Shown here piece by piece: positions 9,158-19,202 of a stretch of 39,413 bases of DNA. The notes beneath the pieces were generated by a model. That model was given only the letters and a program-made list of their open reading frames with translations, did no database searches and was not told the DNA's origin. This DNA comes from an uncultured Acidobacteriota bacterium (GTDB taxonomy: Bacteria; Acidobacteriota; Vicinamibacteria; Vicinamibacterales; UBA8438). Numbering within the stretch: the first letter of the stretch is position 1; every line of letters begins with the position of its first letter. The translations under genes and the position numbers were made by a program. The DNA lies in assembly GCA_913043225.1 (NCBI GenBank), contig CAJWLU010000029.1:1-39413 (forward strand). Reading direction: 5' to 3'.

Positions 9158-10186
9158 CTACTTCCCGAGCCGGGAGATGCCGGAGGACACGGCGAACCCG
9201 GCCGTTACCAGGAGGAACCCGACACCCAGCTGCACGGCCGACGGGGCCACTGCCACCCGGGCGTAGTGACGCGCCTCCACCTCAGCCACCATCTCAGCCG
9301 TCAGTAGTTGGGTCCCGCGAACGACATCACCGATCTGGGGAATGACCGGATCGGTAAACGGCCACAGGCCGATCACGGCCCCCAGCAGCAAGCCCAGCAG
9401 CACCCCCAGCGTCGCCCGCTCGTAGCGCGCCAGCAACAGCTTGACCAGATTGCTGACGCCAACCACGCCGATCACAACGCCGATGCCCACCGGCACAAGG
9501 ACATGCAACACCTCAAGCGCCAGTTCGATGTCGACCGCACGCGCCGCATCGGCGGCCGTCGCCACCGCATCGACGATAACCCGATACTGCCCCAGCACCA
9601 GCAGCACATAGGCCCCAGACATGCCCGGTAGGATCATCGTGGCACCCCCGGAGAACCCAGCCACCATCAAGACAGCGTAGGCCGAGACGCTCCGTCCGCC
9701 ATCGCCACCGACGCCCTCCGGATCGGCAAACGCGAGCAACGCCATCAGCAGAATGCCGACCGCGGCGCCGGCGATCACCACACCGTCGAGCGGACGGAGC
9801 GTACCCCAGAGAATCGGCACACCCCCCAACGTCAGGCCGATGAAGACGCAGTACATGGCCCACTGATAGCTGTCGAGCAGTGCGCCAATCAGCCCCGCGA
9901 AGCCAACGATGGCCAGTCCGGCGGCCGCCACCACGCAGCCAAGCATGAGCACTACCTGAGGCCGGAACCGTAAGGTCGACACCTCGGCCACGCCGCCAAT
10001 GAACTGCGGGTAGACGCCTACCGCGAGCAACATTGTGCCCCCCGAGATCCCAGGCACGAGGTTGGCGAGCCCCATGAACATGCCACCAACGAGACTCCGT
10101 AGCACCAGGGCGCGACCGCGATGCTCCACACCGGAGGCGGACGGAGAGGTAGTCGGCGGTTCGGACGACGTTGACGCGTGGCTCAC
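9158..10186 (-). CDS. DUF368 family membrane protein (undecaprenyl-phosphate translocase family)
   Basis: Two internal repeat motifs, GG.FMGLANLVPGISGGT and MILPGMSGAYVLLVLGQY, plus FIGLTLG and many TM helices. Confidence 0.88.
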   Translation of the reverse strand: MSHASTSSEPPTTSPSASGVEHRGRALVLRSLVGGMFMGLANLVPGISGGTMLLAVGVYPQFIGGVAEVSTLRFRPQVVLMLGCVVAAAGLAIVGFAGLIGALLDSYQWAMYCVFIGLTLGGVPILWGTLRPLDGVVIAGAAVGILLMALLAFADPEGVGGDGGRSVSAYAVLMVAGFSGGATMILPGMSGAYVLLVLGQYRVIVDAVATAADAARAVDIELALEVLHVLVPVGIGVVIGVVGVSNLVKLLLARYERATLGVLLGLLLGAVIGLWPFTDPVIPQIGDVVRGTQLLTAEMVAEVEARHYARVAVAPSAVQLGVGFLLVTAGFAVSSGISRLGK

Positions 10187-10205
10187 AGAGAAACCTGCGG
10201 AAGGT

Positions 10206-11873
10206 TCACGGTACGGCCGGACGCTGGGTTTCCCGGATCGCTCGGAACTCGCTGGTCTCGCTCCACTCCGGCCATTCGTCGCCCGAAGCGAGGCGAGCGC
10301 CCATCTGGTACATGAACGTCAGATCGTCGAGCGCGCCGGACAGATCCCAGTCAGGTTTCACCTCATCCGAAACGGCGTGGTAGTCGTTGGCCGTGTACTC
10401 GTTCCGCTTCTCAATCCCGTACCCCTCTGGCTTGTCGAGATACTCCACACCGGAGTCGGTGTAGAAAGCGGGAATGCCGACCCGGGCGAAGGAAAAGTGG
10501 TCCGAACGGTAGTAGAACCCCTTCTCTGGCTCCGGATCCGGCTTGATCACCCGCCCTAGACGAAAGGCGACCTCGGCCGCGAGCTGGTCGAGCTCGGACT
10601 GGCCCATTCCAACGACGGTCAGATCCCGAGTGCGCCCCCACTGGTTCAGGACGTCCATGTTGAGAGCAGCCACGGTCTGTGCGGCAGGGTAGAGCGGCTG
10701 CTCGCCGTAGTAGCGCGACCCTAGTAGGCCCTGCTCTTCGGCCGTCACCGCCAGCAGCACCACGGTACGCCGGGGCGGCTCGCCCTTCTTGAACGCCCGT
10801 CCAATCTCGATAAGGCCCGCCGTGCCAGTCGCGTTGTCGGCGGCACCGTTGTAGATCTGGTCACCCTCGAGCGACGCGTCGGTGCCGAGGTGGTCCCAGT
10901 GCGCCATGTAGAGCACGACCTCATCGGGCGCCTCGGTGCCCATGATCTTTGCGACGACGTTCTGCGAGTCAATGGTGCGAAGCTCGTTCCGCACCCGGGT
11001 CGCGCCGGTCACGCCGAGCGCGACCGGCTGGAAGTCGGCCCGCGCCGCCTTCGCTTTCTCCTCCTCGAAGTCGAGACCGGCCAGCTCGAATAGCGCCGCT
11101 GTCGCATCACGCTGAATCCAGCCCTCGATCGCGGCCCGTCCTATGTTCTGGTCGTCGGCCACGAGGTCGAACGACTCGCCATAGGGGCTACTCCCGATCA
11201 CCTCCCACGGGTAGCCGGCCGGACCGGTCTCGTGAATCACCAGCGCCCCGGCCGCGCCCTGCGCCGCCGCGATCTCGTGCTTGTAGGTCCAACGACCGTA
11301 ATAGGTCATCGCCGGTCCGCCAAAAAGGTCCTCACTGGGCGGATCGTTGACCAAGAAGAGCAGAATCTTGTCGCTCACGTCGACACTCTTGAAGTCATCC
11401 CACTCGTACTCGGGCGCGATTGCGCCATAGCCGACGAACACGAACTCGGCGTCGACCTCAACCTGATCGACGACCCGCTTGGTGTAGGCCAAATAGTCGG
11501 CGCCGGGCGTGAGCCTGCGCGTCAGCTCTCCCGCAGTCACCGTCATCTCGTCCCCTTCGAGCGGCGTAATTCCGACCAGCGGCACGTCCTGCACCCAGGT
11601 CCCATCGGGGTTGCCCGGCTCGAGCCCCGCCATCTGGAACTGCTCGGTCAGATACTCGACGGTCCGGCGCTCGCCCTCGGACCCAGGCGCCCGTCCGCCG
11701 AACTCGTCTGACGCCAGCATCTCGATCGCGGCCGTCAGAGCCTCGGCGTCGATGCCATCTGACACCGGCGCTAACTGGCCGGTTGTGTCGGGTTCGGCGT
11801 CCACGACGGGCGCGGCACCGTCGCCACAGCCGAGCACGAGAAACAGACTTCCGGTGATAAAGAACCTACGCAC
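10206..11873 (-). CDS. M28 family zinc peptidase with PA domain, predicted lipoprotein
   Basis: AGGAGA SD upstream of GTG 11873; lipobox LVLG|C. Motifs LASDEFGGRAPGS, TYYGRWTYK, AHWDHLG, NGAADNATG, TAEEQGLLGS, RSDHFSF and YH..SD. Confidence 0.92.
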   Translation of the reverse strand: MRRFFITGSLFLVLGCGDGAAPVVDAEPDTTGQLAPVSDGIDAEALTAAIEMLASDEFGGRAPGSEGERRTVEYLTEQFQMAGLEPGNPDGTWVQDVPLVGITPLEGDEMTVTAGELTRRLTPGADYLAYTKRVVDQVEVDAEFVFVGYGAIAPEYEWDDFKSVDVSDKILLFLVNDPPSEDLFGGPAMTYYGRWTYKHEIAAAQGAAGALVIHETGPAGYPWEVIGSSPYGESFDLVADDQNIGRAAIEGWIQRDATAALFELAGLDFEEEKAKAARADFQPVALGVTGATRVRNELRTIDSQNVVAKIMGTEAPDEVVLYMAHWDHLGTDASLEGDQIYNGAADNATGTAGLIEIGRAFKKGEPPRRTVVLLAVTAEEQGLLGSRYYGEQPLYPAAQTVAALNMDVLNQWGRTRDLTVVGMGQSELDQLAAEVAFRLGRVIKPDPEPEKGFYYRSDHFSFARVGIPAFYTDSGVEYLDKPEGYGIEKRNEYTANDYHAVSDEVKPDWDLSGALDDLTFMYQMGARLASGDEWPEWSETSEFRAIRETQRPAVP

Positions 11874-11895
11874 TTGCTTGTCTCCTGTTGGATGG

Positions 11896-12609
11896 TCACT
11901 CGCCCGGCGTGATCGCCGGCTGCTCGGCCGCATTCCCTGACAGCACCCGGGTGAGGAATCGGCCAATCTCCTGGACCTCCTCCAAACAGACCTGATGGGC
12001 CATGGCGTAGTCGTGCCAGGTCACGCCGTAGCCGGCGGTACGCAGGACGGTCGCGGTCCGATCGCCCAACTCATAGGGCACCACGTCGTCGTGCCGACCG
12101 TGAACCATCAGAATCGGTAACTCGAGGTTGACCGCATGCGCCTCCGCGGGCAGGGTTTCGTGTAGCGGCAGATACCCAGAGAGCGCCACCACCCCGCCCA
12201 ACCGACGTGGATACCTCAGGCCGGTGAAAAGCGCCATAGCCGCCCCTTGAGAAAAACCGGCTAGCACGATGCGCGACGCCGGCACTCCCCGCTCCTCTTC
12301 GCGCGCGATCAGGGCCTCGATTTGCTCACCTGAACGACGGATGCCTGTTTCGTCCTGCCCGCGCGCGTCGAGCGATTTGATGTCATACCAAGCGCGCATG
12401 CGCATGCCCATGTTGAGGGTCACAGGGATGCTCGGCGCGTGGGGAAAGACGAACCGAACCAGCAGATCCGGAGCCAAACCGAGCTGCGGAGGCATCGAGA
12501 CGAAGTCGTGGCCGTCGGCACCAAGGCCATGCAACCAAACGACCGACGCCTGCGCCGCGCCGGACGGCGCCTGCTCGACGGTTTCGAGAACGGGAAGGGT
12601 AGAGGTCAC
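11896..12609 (-). CDS. Phospholipase/carboxylesterase (alpha/beta hydrolase, Abhydrolase_2)
   Basis: Motifs WLHGLGADG.DF, FPHAP, MRAWYDI, nucleophile GFSQG, ALSGYLP, HG..DDVV and MAHQV. Confidence 0.93.
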   Translation of the reverse strand: MTSTLPVLETVEQAPSGAAQASVVWLHGLGADGHDFVSMPPQLGLAPDLLVRFVFPHAPSIPVTLNMGMRMRAWYDIKSLDARGQDETGIRRSGEQIEALIAREEERGVPASRIVLAGFSQGAAMALFTGLRYPRRLGGVVALSGYLPLHETLPAEAHAVNLELPILMVHGRHDDVVPYELGDRTATVLRTAGYGVTWHDYAMAHQVCLEEVQEIGRFLTRVLSGNAAEQPAITPGE

Positions 12610-12704
12610 TATGGTCTACTCGAGGCTTTGGCTAACGTTCGTCGAAATACACTCAGGTCGGTAAACTCTGTAAGGTCGCTACATCGCGTCCCTTCCAGCG
12701 CTCC

Positions 12705-13526
12705 CTAGTGCGTCATCGCGTGCACGATGAAGTTGATACCGACGGCGTAAGAGGTAACCGAAAAGCGGTAGAAGAACTCGTAGTCCTCGCCTTCGCGCTC
12801 CCACCCATCGGCGATATCGGTGTTGTGCGTCATGAGCACCATCAGGCGCCCATGCTCATCATAGATGCCACGCACATGGACTTCAGCGCTCTGATACCCC
12901 CGCTCCGACGTCTCGGTGCCGCCCGTCCGGCGATAGTGCTGGATTGACGGCACCTGTGGCACCTCGGTGATATCGAACATGCCATGGTGAATCGGATCGG
13001 TGATCGGAATGTCGACGATCGGATACTGCCCGGGCGGCAGCACCTTCCCGATCTCGGCCGCCCATTGTTCCCACGCGTAGGGCCCCCAGAAATCGTCCAC
13101 CCAGAGGAAACCACCCTTGCGGAGATAGTTGGTGAGCCCCGCCACCTCCGCATCGCTGAAATAGGCCGTGCCAACATCGGACATGAACAGGAACGGGTAG
13201 TTGAAGAGCTCGGGGTCGGTGAGCTCGACCACGATGTGGTCGGGTTCGCTGTCCGGCGCCAATCCCACAGGGGTGGTGGTGAGCTCCGACAGCCGGATGG
13301 TGAAGTTGATGTCTGCGTCAGGGTAGTCGGTAAACCACCCTTGGCCGCCCCGCTCACGATGGGTGCTCTGGTAGAGGCCGCGGGTGAAAGTGAACAGCCG
13401 GTGCGTTACCTCGCCGCTTGGGAACCGCGGCGGCATTCGGCGACGCCACCCCCACTGGGCGGTCGCTGACGCGGCAAGCGACAGCGCCACCAGCGCGCAG
13501 GCCACCGTCCGACCGAACCGGATCAC
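12705..13526 (-). CDS. DUF4159 family exported protein (paralogue C)
   Basis: Signal ending SATA|Q. Motifs W.TDYP.AD, YPFLFM, YLRKGGFLWVDDFWG and HNTDIADGWE; ends HAMTH. GTG overlaps the upstream TGA (GTGA). Confidence 0.85.
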   Translation of the reverse strand: MIRFGRTVACALVALSLAASATAQWGWRRRMPPRFPSGEVTHRLFTFTRGLYQSTHRERGGQGWFTDYPDADINFTIRLSELTTTPVGLAPDSEPDHIVVELTDPELFNYPFLFMSDVGTAYFSDAEVAGLTNYLRKGGFLWVDDFWGPYAWEQWAAEIGKVLPPGQYPIVDIPITDPIHHGMFDITEVPQVPSIQHYRRTGGTETSERGYQSAEVHVRGIYDEHGRLMVLMTHNTDIADGWEREGEDYEFFYRFSVTSYAVGINFIVHAMTH

Positions 13527-16500
13527 TGTTCCCCGGCCAGCGCCTTGAAGTACTCATCGATCAGATCACGGAAGCCGGTAGGCACTTCGTCGCTCCCGGC
13601 CAGGAACAGCTCTTCGCTTTCGCCGTCGACCTCGCGGCGCAACTGGTACTCGAACCGCTTCAGCTGTTCCAGCACGTAGGTCTGCCGACGAAGAAGTTCC
13701 TCGGCATCTTCATAAATGCGTGGATCGTCCAACGCACGCATCGCCTGGATCACCTCGCCCAGGTCGCCAACCTCGCCCAGGTTCTCGGCACGAAGCATCC
13801 GCTGAAGCTCCTGCGCCTCAGCTCCGCGCTCCTGATACTCGCGGCCCCACTGGCGCACATCACGAGGGTTGAACTCCCAATCTTCCGGGCGGACGCTTCC
13901 CCCGCCCCAGGCTCCGCCGGCACGACCGGCATTCTGCCCCGACTGACCACCAGGCTGGTTGCCTCCGGGCTGGCCTTGCTGGCCTTGTTGGCTTTGTTGG
14001 CCTTGCTGGCCCTGCTGGCCCTGCTGGCCCTGCTGGCCCTGCTGGCCCTGCTGGCCCTGCTGGCCTTGCTGGTTCGACGCCTGCTCGCCACTCTGGCGGA
14101 TCCGCTCTTCGAGCGACTCGAGCCCGCGCATCAGGTCACGGGTCTGATCCAGTGCCTGATCGAGCTCGCTGCCGCGTGAGTTCCCCACCGCCTCGGCGGC
14201 CTCGTCCAACCCCTGCTGCAGATCGGCGATGTCACCGCCGATCTCCTCCTCGAACTGCCGCGCGTACTCCGGGGAACGGGCTCGTACAAGCCCGCGCGAG
14301 TAGCGGACCTTCTCCTTTAGCTTGCTCTCGCGGATGCCGTTCGACGCCTCCTGGAGCGCCCGTGACGCGTCGCGCTCCTCACGACGGAACTCCGCCGAAG
14401 TGGAGTCGAGCTCTCGCTCAAGATCGGCGATCTCGACGCCCATCTCATCCTTGCGCTCGGTCAGTCGCTGAACCTGCTCCTGCCACCCGCCGCTCTCGCG
14501 GTCGAGGCCTGCCACCTGGTCGGCAACCTCGGACTGCTCCTGGGCCAAGTCGTCCGCGCGACGCTGCGCCTCCTCGATGTCTCGAGCCAGCCGACCGCTC
14601 TGCTCGGTCTGCAGCTCACGCTCGACATCGCGCAACCGGTCAAGGGCCCGGGCCGCCTCGGCGAACCCCTGGTTGTCACCGTTGGCCGCGGCCTGCCGCA
14701 TCGCGTCGGCGGCCTCCTGAAGCCGCCGGGCAGCCTGCTGCATCTGCGGTGACTGCTGCTCGCGCGCCAGCCGCTCGAGTTGCCTCGCCGCCTCTTCAGC
14801 CTCTTCGGCGAGCGCCCGCTGTGAAGCGCCGCCGCCGGCCTGAGCCGTCTGCCCGCCCCGAGCACGGCGCCGCTGCCGCTCGGCTTCCTGCTCCTGCCGT
14901 CGGGCAAGCTCGCGAAGCCGCTCCATCAGCTCGTCGACCTGGTTGTCGGCCGACTCCTGCTGGCCCCGCTGCACCGTCTCGTACTGGTTCTGTAGCTTGT
15001 CCAGCTCCAATTCGAACAGGTCGGCTAAATCCTCAGCCGCGTTCTGGCCGCCGCCTCCGCCACCACCGCCACCGCCCTGCTGCACCCGGACCTCGTCGTA
15101 GGCCTCTTCGGCCCGCTGTAGATGCTGCAGGGCGCGCTGCTCGGCCGGCAACGCGGTGTCAACGTCCTGCTCTTGCAGCGCGCGCTCGGCCGCCTCCATC
15201 TCCTTGGACGCCTCGGGAAGGATGGCCAAGATGCTGCGAAACGCCGGGTCGGCTGGCATGACCCGGCTGTTCATCCGGCGGAGCAGGGTCTCGACCTGCT
15301 CTCGCAGTCGTCCCTGCGACAGAGTCAGGAACACAAGGTTCTCGCGATACTCCTCCTCGGAGAAAGTGTCGCGGTCCCGTACCACGTTGAACGTCGCCGA
15401 GATGACCTGACGCTGCGCCTCGGAGAGAGCCCGCGCGTCGCCGCCGCCGCCTCCGCCTCCAGCACCGCCGCCCTGGGACTGGGCGGCCCGGAAGTCGCGA
15501 CGAAAGGCACGGATCTGGAGAAAATACAGGTCGCTCTTGACCACGCGCTCGCCGTTGTTCCCAGCCTGGTTGTCGCCGGCGCTGCCGTAGTAGGACACAA
15601 AGTCGCCCGGTTCGAGATCGAACTCTTCAAGGAAGAGCGTATGCCCAGCCGAAATTTCCTTGAGGCCGCCCTCCTCCGAGTCAAAGAGGCTGACCGTCTC
15701 CTCAGGCCCTCCGTTGATCGAGTAGGTCAGGCTGAGCGACCGCACGCCGAAGTCGTCGTCGGCGCGCGCCTCGAGATAGACCTCCTCGATGGCGTTGGCG
15801 TTCGTGTCACGGCCCGGCTTGGTGAACATCACCGACGGCGCCTGGTCGGTCAGCACGTCAATCGTGAACTGAGGCGACGCGTCGACCCGCTCCCCGCCCG
15901 GCCCCTCAAGCTCGACCTGATAGAACCCGTCCTCGTCGACCACGAAGCTCGCCGTCAAAACCCCGTCCTCGCGAACCCTAAGATCGGTGGACGTGGTCTC
16001 GTCGAACACCAGTCGCCCGGCCGGGGTCGCCATGGTCGGGAAGACGCGGACGTTGACCTCTGTGCCGCGCAAGACCGCGATATCGCCGCCGTCCTGGACC
16101 AGGCGCGGCTCCAGGCCTGTATAGGCCGGGAAGATAAACTCCAACTCAAGCCGGTCGACATAGGGCAGGTCGATGACGTCTAGCGTGAACGTTTCCGACT
16201 GCACGCCAACCGCTTCAATGAAATAGTCGGTCTCGTCACGCACGTCGAACAACACCGCCTCAAACCCGAACACCGGCTCAGCGTCAGGCTCACCTTCCGC
16301 AGGAATCAACGGTACTCGTTCGAATGGCGCGCTTGGCGACGTACGCATGAACAGATTGACATCGTTGGTCTCGAACCCGAGGAGCCGCGCCGTCACGGCC
16401 TGATCGGACCCGCGCGCGATCGTGGCGTCACCCGGGAGCACCTCGATACGATACGGGCTGGCGGCCTCGAGACTCCCTGTCGGGGTCATCAGCGCCGACG

Positions 16501-17056
16501 CGCCGTCGCGCAGATAGGACGGACCGAAGATGAACGCCAGCAGCGCCGCGGCCGAGACGAGCGCCAGGTAGCTCGACGACTGCCGGATCTTCTGACGTTC
16601 GACGTCCGATCCCCAGTCGAGCACGCGAACCTGATCAACGGCCGTCTGAATCAGCCGGTCGACGAGCGCGGGAGAATAGTCCGGACTCGGGTCGCGGTCG
16701 GCCAGCTTCGCCTCTTCGAGCGCACTGAGCACGGCCGCCTGAAGGGAGGGATCATGCTCTTCGAGATACAGCGCGACCCGCTCGTCCGGAATGGGACGGG
16801 CCAGCGGACGGACGAGAAAGTAGTAGGCGAGCCCCGCCAGGGTCACATAGGTGAGCACCCGGAACACAACCACCGACGTGGCCGAAAACTTGAAGAACTC
16901 TAGGCCATAGGCGGAGAGCAGGAAGGCGCCGAGACCGGCCGCGAGCAGCACCGCGGCACCGCGAAGCGCGATGCGCAGACGCCAGCGGTTCCGGACCCGC
17001 CGGATAACATCCATCAGGTCATTGCGACCGCCTGACGACCAGGGATTGCTCAGCAT
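13523..17056 (-). CDS. Large membrane protein (DUF4175-like): N-terminal TMs, Ig-like beta domains, long Q/E/R-rich coiled coil, (QQG)n repeat
   Basis: Three N-terminal TM segments. Beta-rich region with PAYTGL, D.AP.V....PGRD and A.DDFGV. Poly-Gly linkers, heptad-like helical region, C-terminal VP.GFR.LI.EYFKAL. Confidence 0.8.
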   Translation of the reverse strand: MLSNPWSSGGRNDLMDVIRRVRNRWRLRIALRGAAVLLAAGLGAFLLSAYGLEFFKFSATSVVVFRVLTYVTLAGLAYYFLVRPLARPIPDERVALYLEEHDPSLQAAVLSALEEAKLADRDPSPDYSPALVDRLIQTAVDQVRVLDWGSDVERQKIRQSSSYLALVSAAALLAFIFGPSYLRDGASALMTPTGSLEAASPYRIEVLPGDATIARGSDQAVTARLLGFETNDVNLFMRTSPSAPFERVPLIPAEGEPDAEPVFGFEAVLFDVRDETDYFIEAVGVQSETFTLDVIDLPYVDRLELEFIFPAYTGLEPRLVQDGGDIAVLRGTEVNVRVFPTMATPAGRLVFDETTSTDLRVREDGVLTASFVVDEDGFYQVELEGPGGERVDASPQFTIDVLTDQAPSVMFTKPGRDTNANAIEEVYLEARADDDFGVRSLSLTYSINGGPEETVSLFDSEEGGLKEISAGHTLFLEEFDLEPGDFVSYYGSAGDNQAGNNGERVVKSDLYFLQIRAFRRDFRAAQSQGGGAGGGGGGGDARALSEAQRQVISATFNVVRDRDTFSEEEYRENLVFLTLSQGRLREQVETLLRRMNSRVMPADPAFRSILAILPEASKEMEAAERALQEQDVDTALPAEQRALQHLQRAEEAYDEVRVQQGGGGGGGGGGQNAAEDLADLFELELDKLQNQYETVQRGQQESADNQVDELMERLRELARRQEQEAERQRRRARGGQTAQAGGGASQRALAEEAEEAARQLERLAREQQSPQMQQAARRLQEAADAMRQAAANGDNQGFAEAARALDRLRDVERELQTEQSGRLARDIEEAQRRADDLAQEQSEVADQVAGLDRESGGWQEQVQRLTERKDEMGVEIADLERELDSTSAEFRREERDASRALQEASNGIRESKLKEKVRYSRGLVRARSPEYARQFEEEIGGDIADLQQGLDEAAEAVGNSRGSELDQALDQTRDLMRGLESLEERIRQSGEQASNQQGQQGQQGQQGQQGQQGQQGQQGQQSQQGQQGQPGGNQPGGQSGQNAGRAGGAWGGGSVRPEDWEFNPRDVRQWGREYQERGAEAQELQRMLRAENLGEVGDLGEVIQAMRALDDPRIYEDAEELLRRQTYVLEQLKRFEYQLRREVDGESEELFLAGSDEVPTGFRDLIDEYFKALAGEQ
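13970..14071 (-). repeat. 9-bp tandem repeat, about 11 units (CAGCAGGGC/CAACAAGGC variants), encoding (QQG)8-QQS-(QQG)2-Q
   Basis: Read directly as ctggccctg/ctggccttg/ttggccttg units on the + strand. Confidence 0.95.
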
Positions 17057-17132
17057 GCTAGGCCTCGTTCCAGGGGAATGTCCCCATCTTACCCGCGTTC
17101 CGTCGACGGCTTTCCGACTTCTTGCTCATGCG

Positions 17133-19202
17133 CTAGTCGTCCGGATCGATCTCGGCACGAGATAACCGATTCGAGATGACGTTCTCGGTCGCCAGAAATC
17201 CCAGCGCACCGATGAGCAGATACCACCACAGTGTCTGGCGACGCTCGAGATCTTCCGGCGCTAGCTCCCGGTCGGCCACCACCGAACGATCGCCCGCGGC
17301 ACGGCCGGTGGCTGTCGCCACAAGCTCCTGTGGATCGACACGTTCGAGATTTGCCTCGGTCAGATCCACATTGACCGCGACCGTGACCGGCTCCGAAGCA
17401 CCCGACTCGGTGTCGCGAATCTCGTAGAACCCCTGTTCAGCCAGATCGATGAACCCGACCCGACCTTCACCCCCCGCGCTCACACGGTCCTCGTTCGGAT
17501 CGCGCACCACCAGGTTGGCGCTGGCCAGGTCGATCTCCTCGGCCGCCGGATACTCCGACAGGTCCAGCACCTGACCCACCGTCAGGAACGGCGTCGGCGA
17601 CCGATAGGCCGCCAGATACTCGACCAGCTTATGGGCGAACGGCAGGTAGATCGGCTTCAGGGCAAAGTCGTTCCAGAAAGTATCCAGAGTCGACGACCAG
17701 AGCAGTACCCGGCCAGCCCCGACCGAGTGTTCGACGAGAGCCGGATCGCCGTTGTCGTAGCGCGCCAGCACCAAGGCGTCGGCTGGCACGTTCACCGGCC
17801 GATACCGGAAGAACCGAGGGGCCGACAAGTCACCACTGCGGGGTGTGCTGAACACCTCGAAGACGGGGTGGCTGTAGTCGACGAACCCGAGCGTGCCGCC
17901 GCGGCCGTCGCGATCGGCCGGCTCGTCGATCGGGCCTGGCAGCAGCGTCAAATTGTCGCCCGGCCACCTGACTCGCTCGCCGAGTGCCACCAGCAACCCG
18001 CCCCCATTCTCGACAAACCTGGTCATGGCTTCGCCGACCGCTCCTACCGGAAGCCCGGCGTCGTTGAGCACGATCACGGTGGCGGCGGCCACGTCGTCGG
18101 TCGTGACCTGATCCACCGAGCGGACCACCACCTGGAAAGACGGGATGGTACCGATGGCGAGCGCCCGTTCCAGATAGAGGTTGGCCTCGGCTTCGCCAGG
18201 GCTGCCGATCACGAGTACCGGCACCACGTCGCCCGGGGTCACCGCGAAGTGGAAGACGTCATCATGCGGGAGCGGGTCAGCAGCGACCCGGACCGAGACG
18301 GGCATCCCGCGATCCTCGAGCGTGAACGGATCGAAGGTCACGGTGGCCGCCGCGCCAGGCTCCACATCCACTTCGCGCGTCTCGAGCTCGCGGCCGTCCA
18401 GTTCCAGCACCACCTGAAGCCCGCTCACCGTCGACCCGCCGCGGTTCGCCACCCGAGCCGTCACCGCCGCCCGCTCGCGACCCGAGAAGAAGTCGCGCTG
18501 TACGGCGGCGCCGGTCACGCTGATGTTGTCCACCGGTTCGTCGTCGGACACCGAAACCGGGGTGAGCACGGTACCCGGCGGCAGCAGCGTGTTGGCGGCG
18601 CTGTCAACGCCGATGCGCTGAAAGTCACTGATCAGCACCGCCTCGAGCAACGGCTGATCCGAGTCCTCGAGGACCCCCTGCGCCAGCTGCAACGCCGGCC
18701 CGTAGCGAGTCGCCCGCGCGCTTAGCTCAGCGCCGTCGATGGCGGCGAGGAGGCTAGCGCGGTCGGTCGTGGACCGGTTCGCGGCCTCAGCGCCGCTGTC
18801 GAAGAAGATGAGGGTCGCCTCGTCGTCCGGCGCCAGCCTTTGGACCACCTGGCGCGCCGCATCGCGGGCCCGCTCCCAGCGGTTATCAAACCCCATGCTG
18901 TAGGACCGGTCCACAAGGATGACGACCTCGCTCGACCCCCCGGTGGCCGCCACGAGCGCGGCCGATTCAAAGAAGGGACGAGCGAACGCCGCCACCAGCA
19001 GCGCCAGCGCCGCGCAACGGAGCAGGAGCAGGAGCCAGTGCCGGATCCGTTGCCGCCGCAGCGAATGAAACGGGATCTTCTTGACGAACATCAACGACGG
19101 GAACTCGACAACTTCGGTGCGCTGCCGCTGAATCATGTGCAGCAGGACCGGCACGCCGATGGCGGCGAGCGCCGCGAAGAACAGAGGGGCGAGGAATGAC
19201 AT
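17133..19202 (-). CDS. BatA-type N-terminal double-TM + vWA + Ig-like + GATase-like domain membrane protein
   Basis: N-terminus MSFLAPLF...PVLLH....FPSLMF...WLLLLLR.......AFARP. MIDAS DRSYSM and LISDFQ. FV.NGGGLL segment. C-terminal TM LWWYLL...E. Confidence 0.88.
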   Translation of the reverse strand: MSFLAPLFFAALAAIGVPVLLHMIQRQRTEVVEFPSLMFVKKIPFHSLRRQRIRHWLLLLLRCAALALLVAAFARPFFESAALVAATGGSSEVVILVDRSYSMGFDNRWERARDAARQVVQRLAPDDEATLIFFDSGAEAANRSTTDRASLLAAIDGAELSARATRYGPALQLAQGVLEDSDQPLLEAVLISDFQRIGVDSAANTLLPPGTVLTPVSVSDDEPVDNISVTGAAVQRDFFSGRERAAVTARVANRGGSTVSGLQVVLELDGRELETREVDVEPGAAATVTFDPFTLEDRGMPVSVRVAADPLPHDDVFHFAVTPGDVVPVLVIGSPGEAEANLYLERALAIGTIPSFQVVVRSVDQVTTDDVAAATVIVLNDAGLPVGAVGEAMTRFVENGGGLLVALGERVRWPGDNLTLLPGPIDEPADRDGRGGTLGFVDYSHPVFEVFSTPRSGDLSAPRFFRYRPVNVPADALVLARYDNGDPALVEHSVGAGRVLLWSSTLDTFWNDFALKPIYLPFAHKLVEYLAAYRSPTPFLTVGQVLDLSEYPAAEEIDLASANLVVRDPNEDRVSAGGEGRVGFIDLAEQGFYEIRDTESGASEPVTVAVNVDLTEANLERVDPQELVATATGRAAGDRSVVADRELAPEDLERRQTLWWYLLIGALGFLATENVISNRLSRAEIDPDD

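Noticed and set aside
13970..14071. Repeat array as a possible CRISPR
   Set aside because: Contiguous 9-bp units with no spacers, located in-frame in a CDS, and no cas genes present.
13959..14147. ORFs with striking (WPC)n, (ALL)n or (RAS)n repeats
   Set aside because: These are alternative readings of the 9-bp QQG repeat inside the large gene, not separate proteins.
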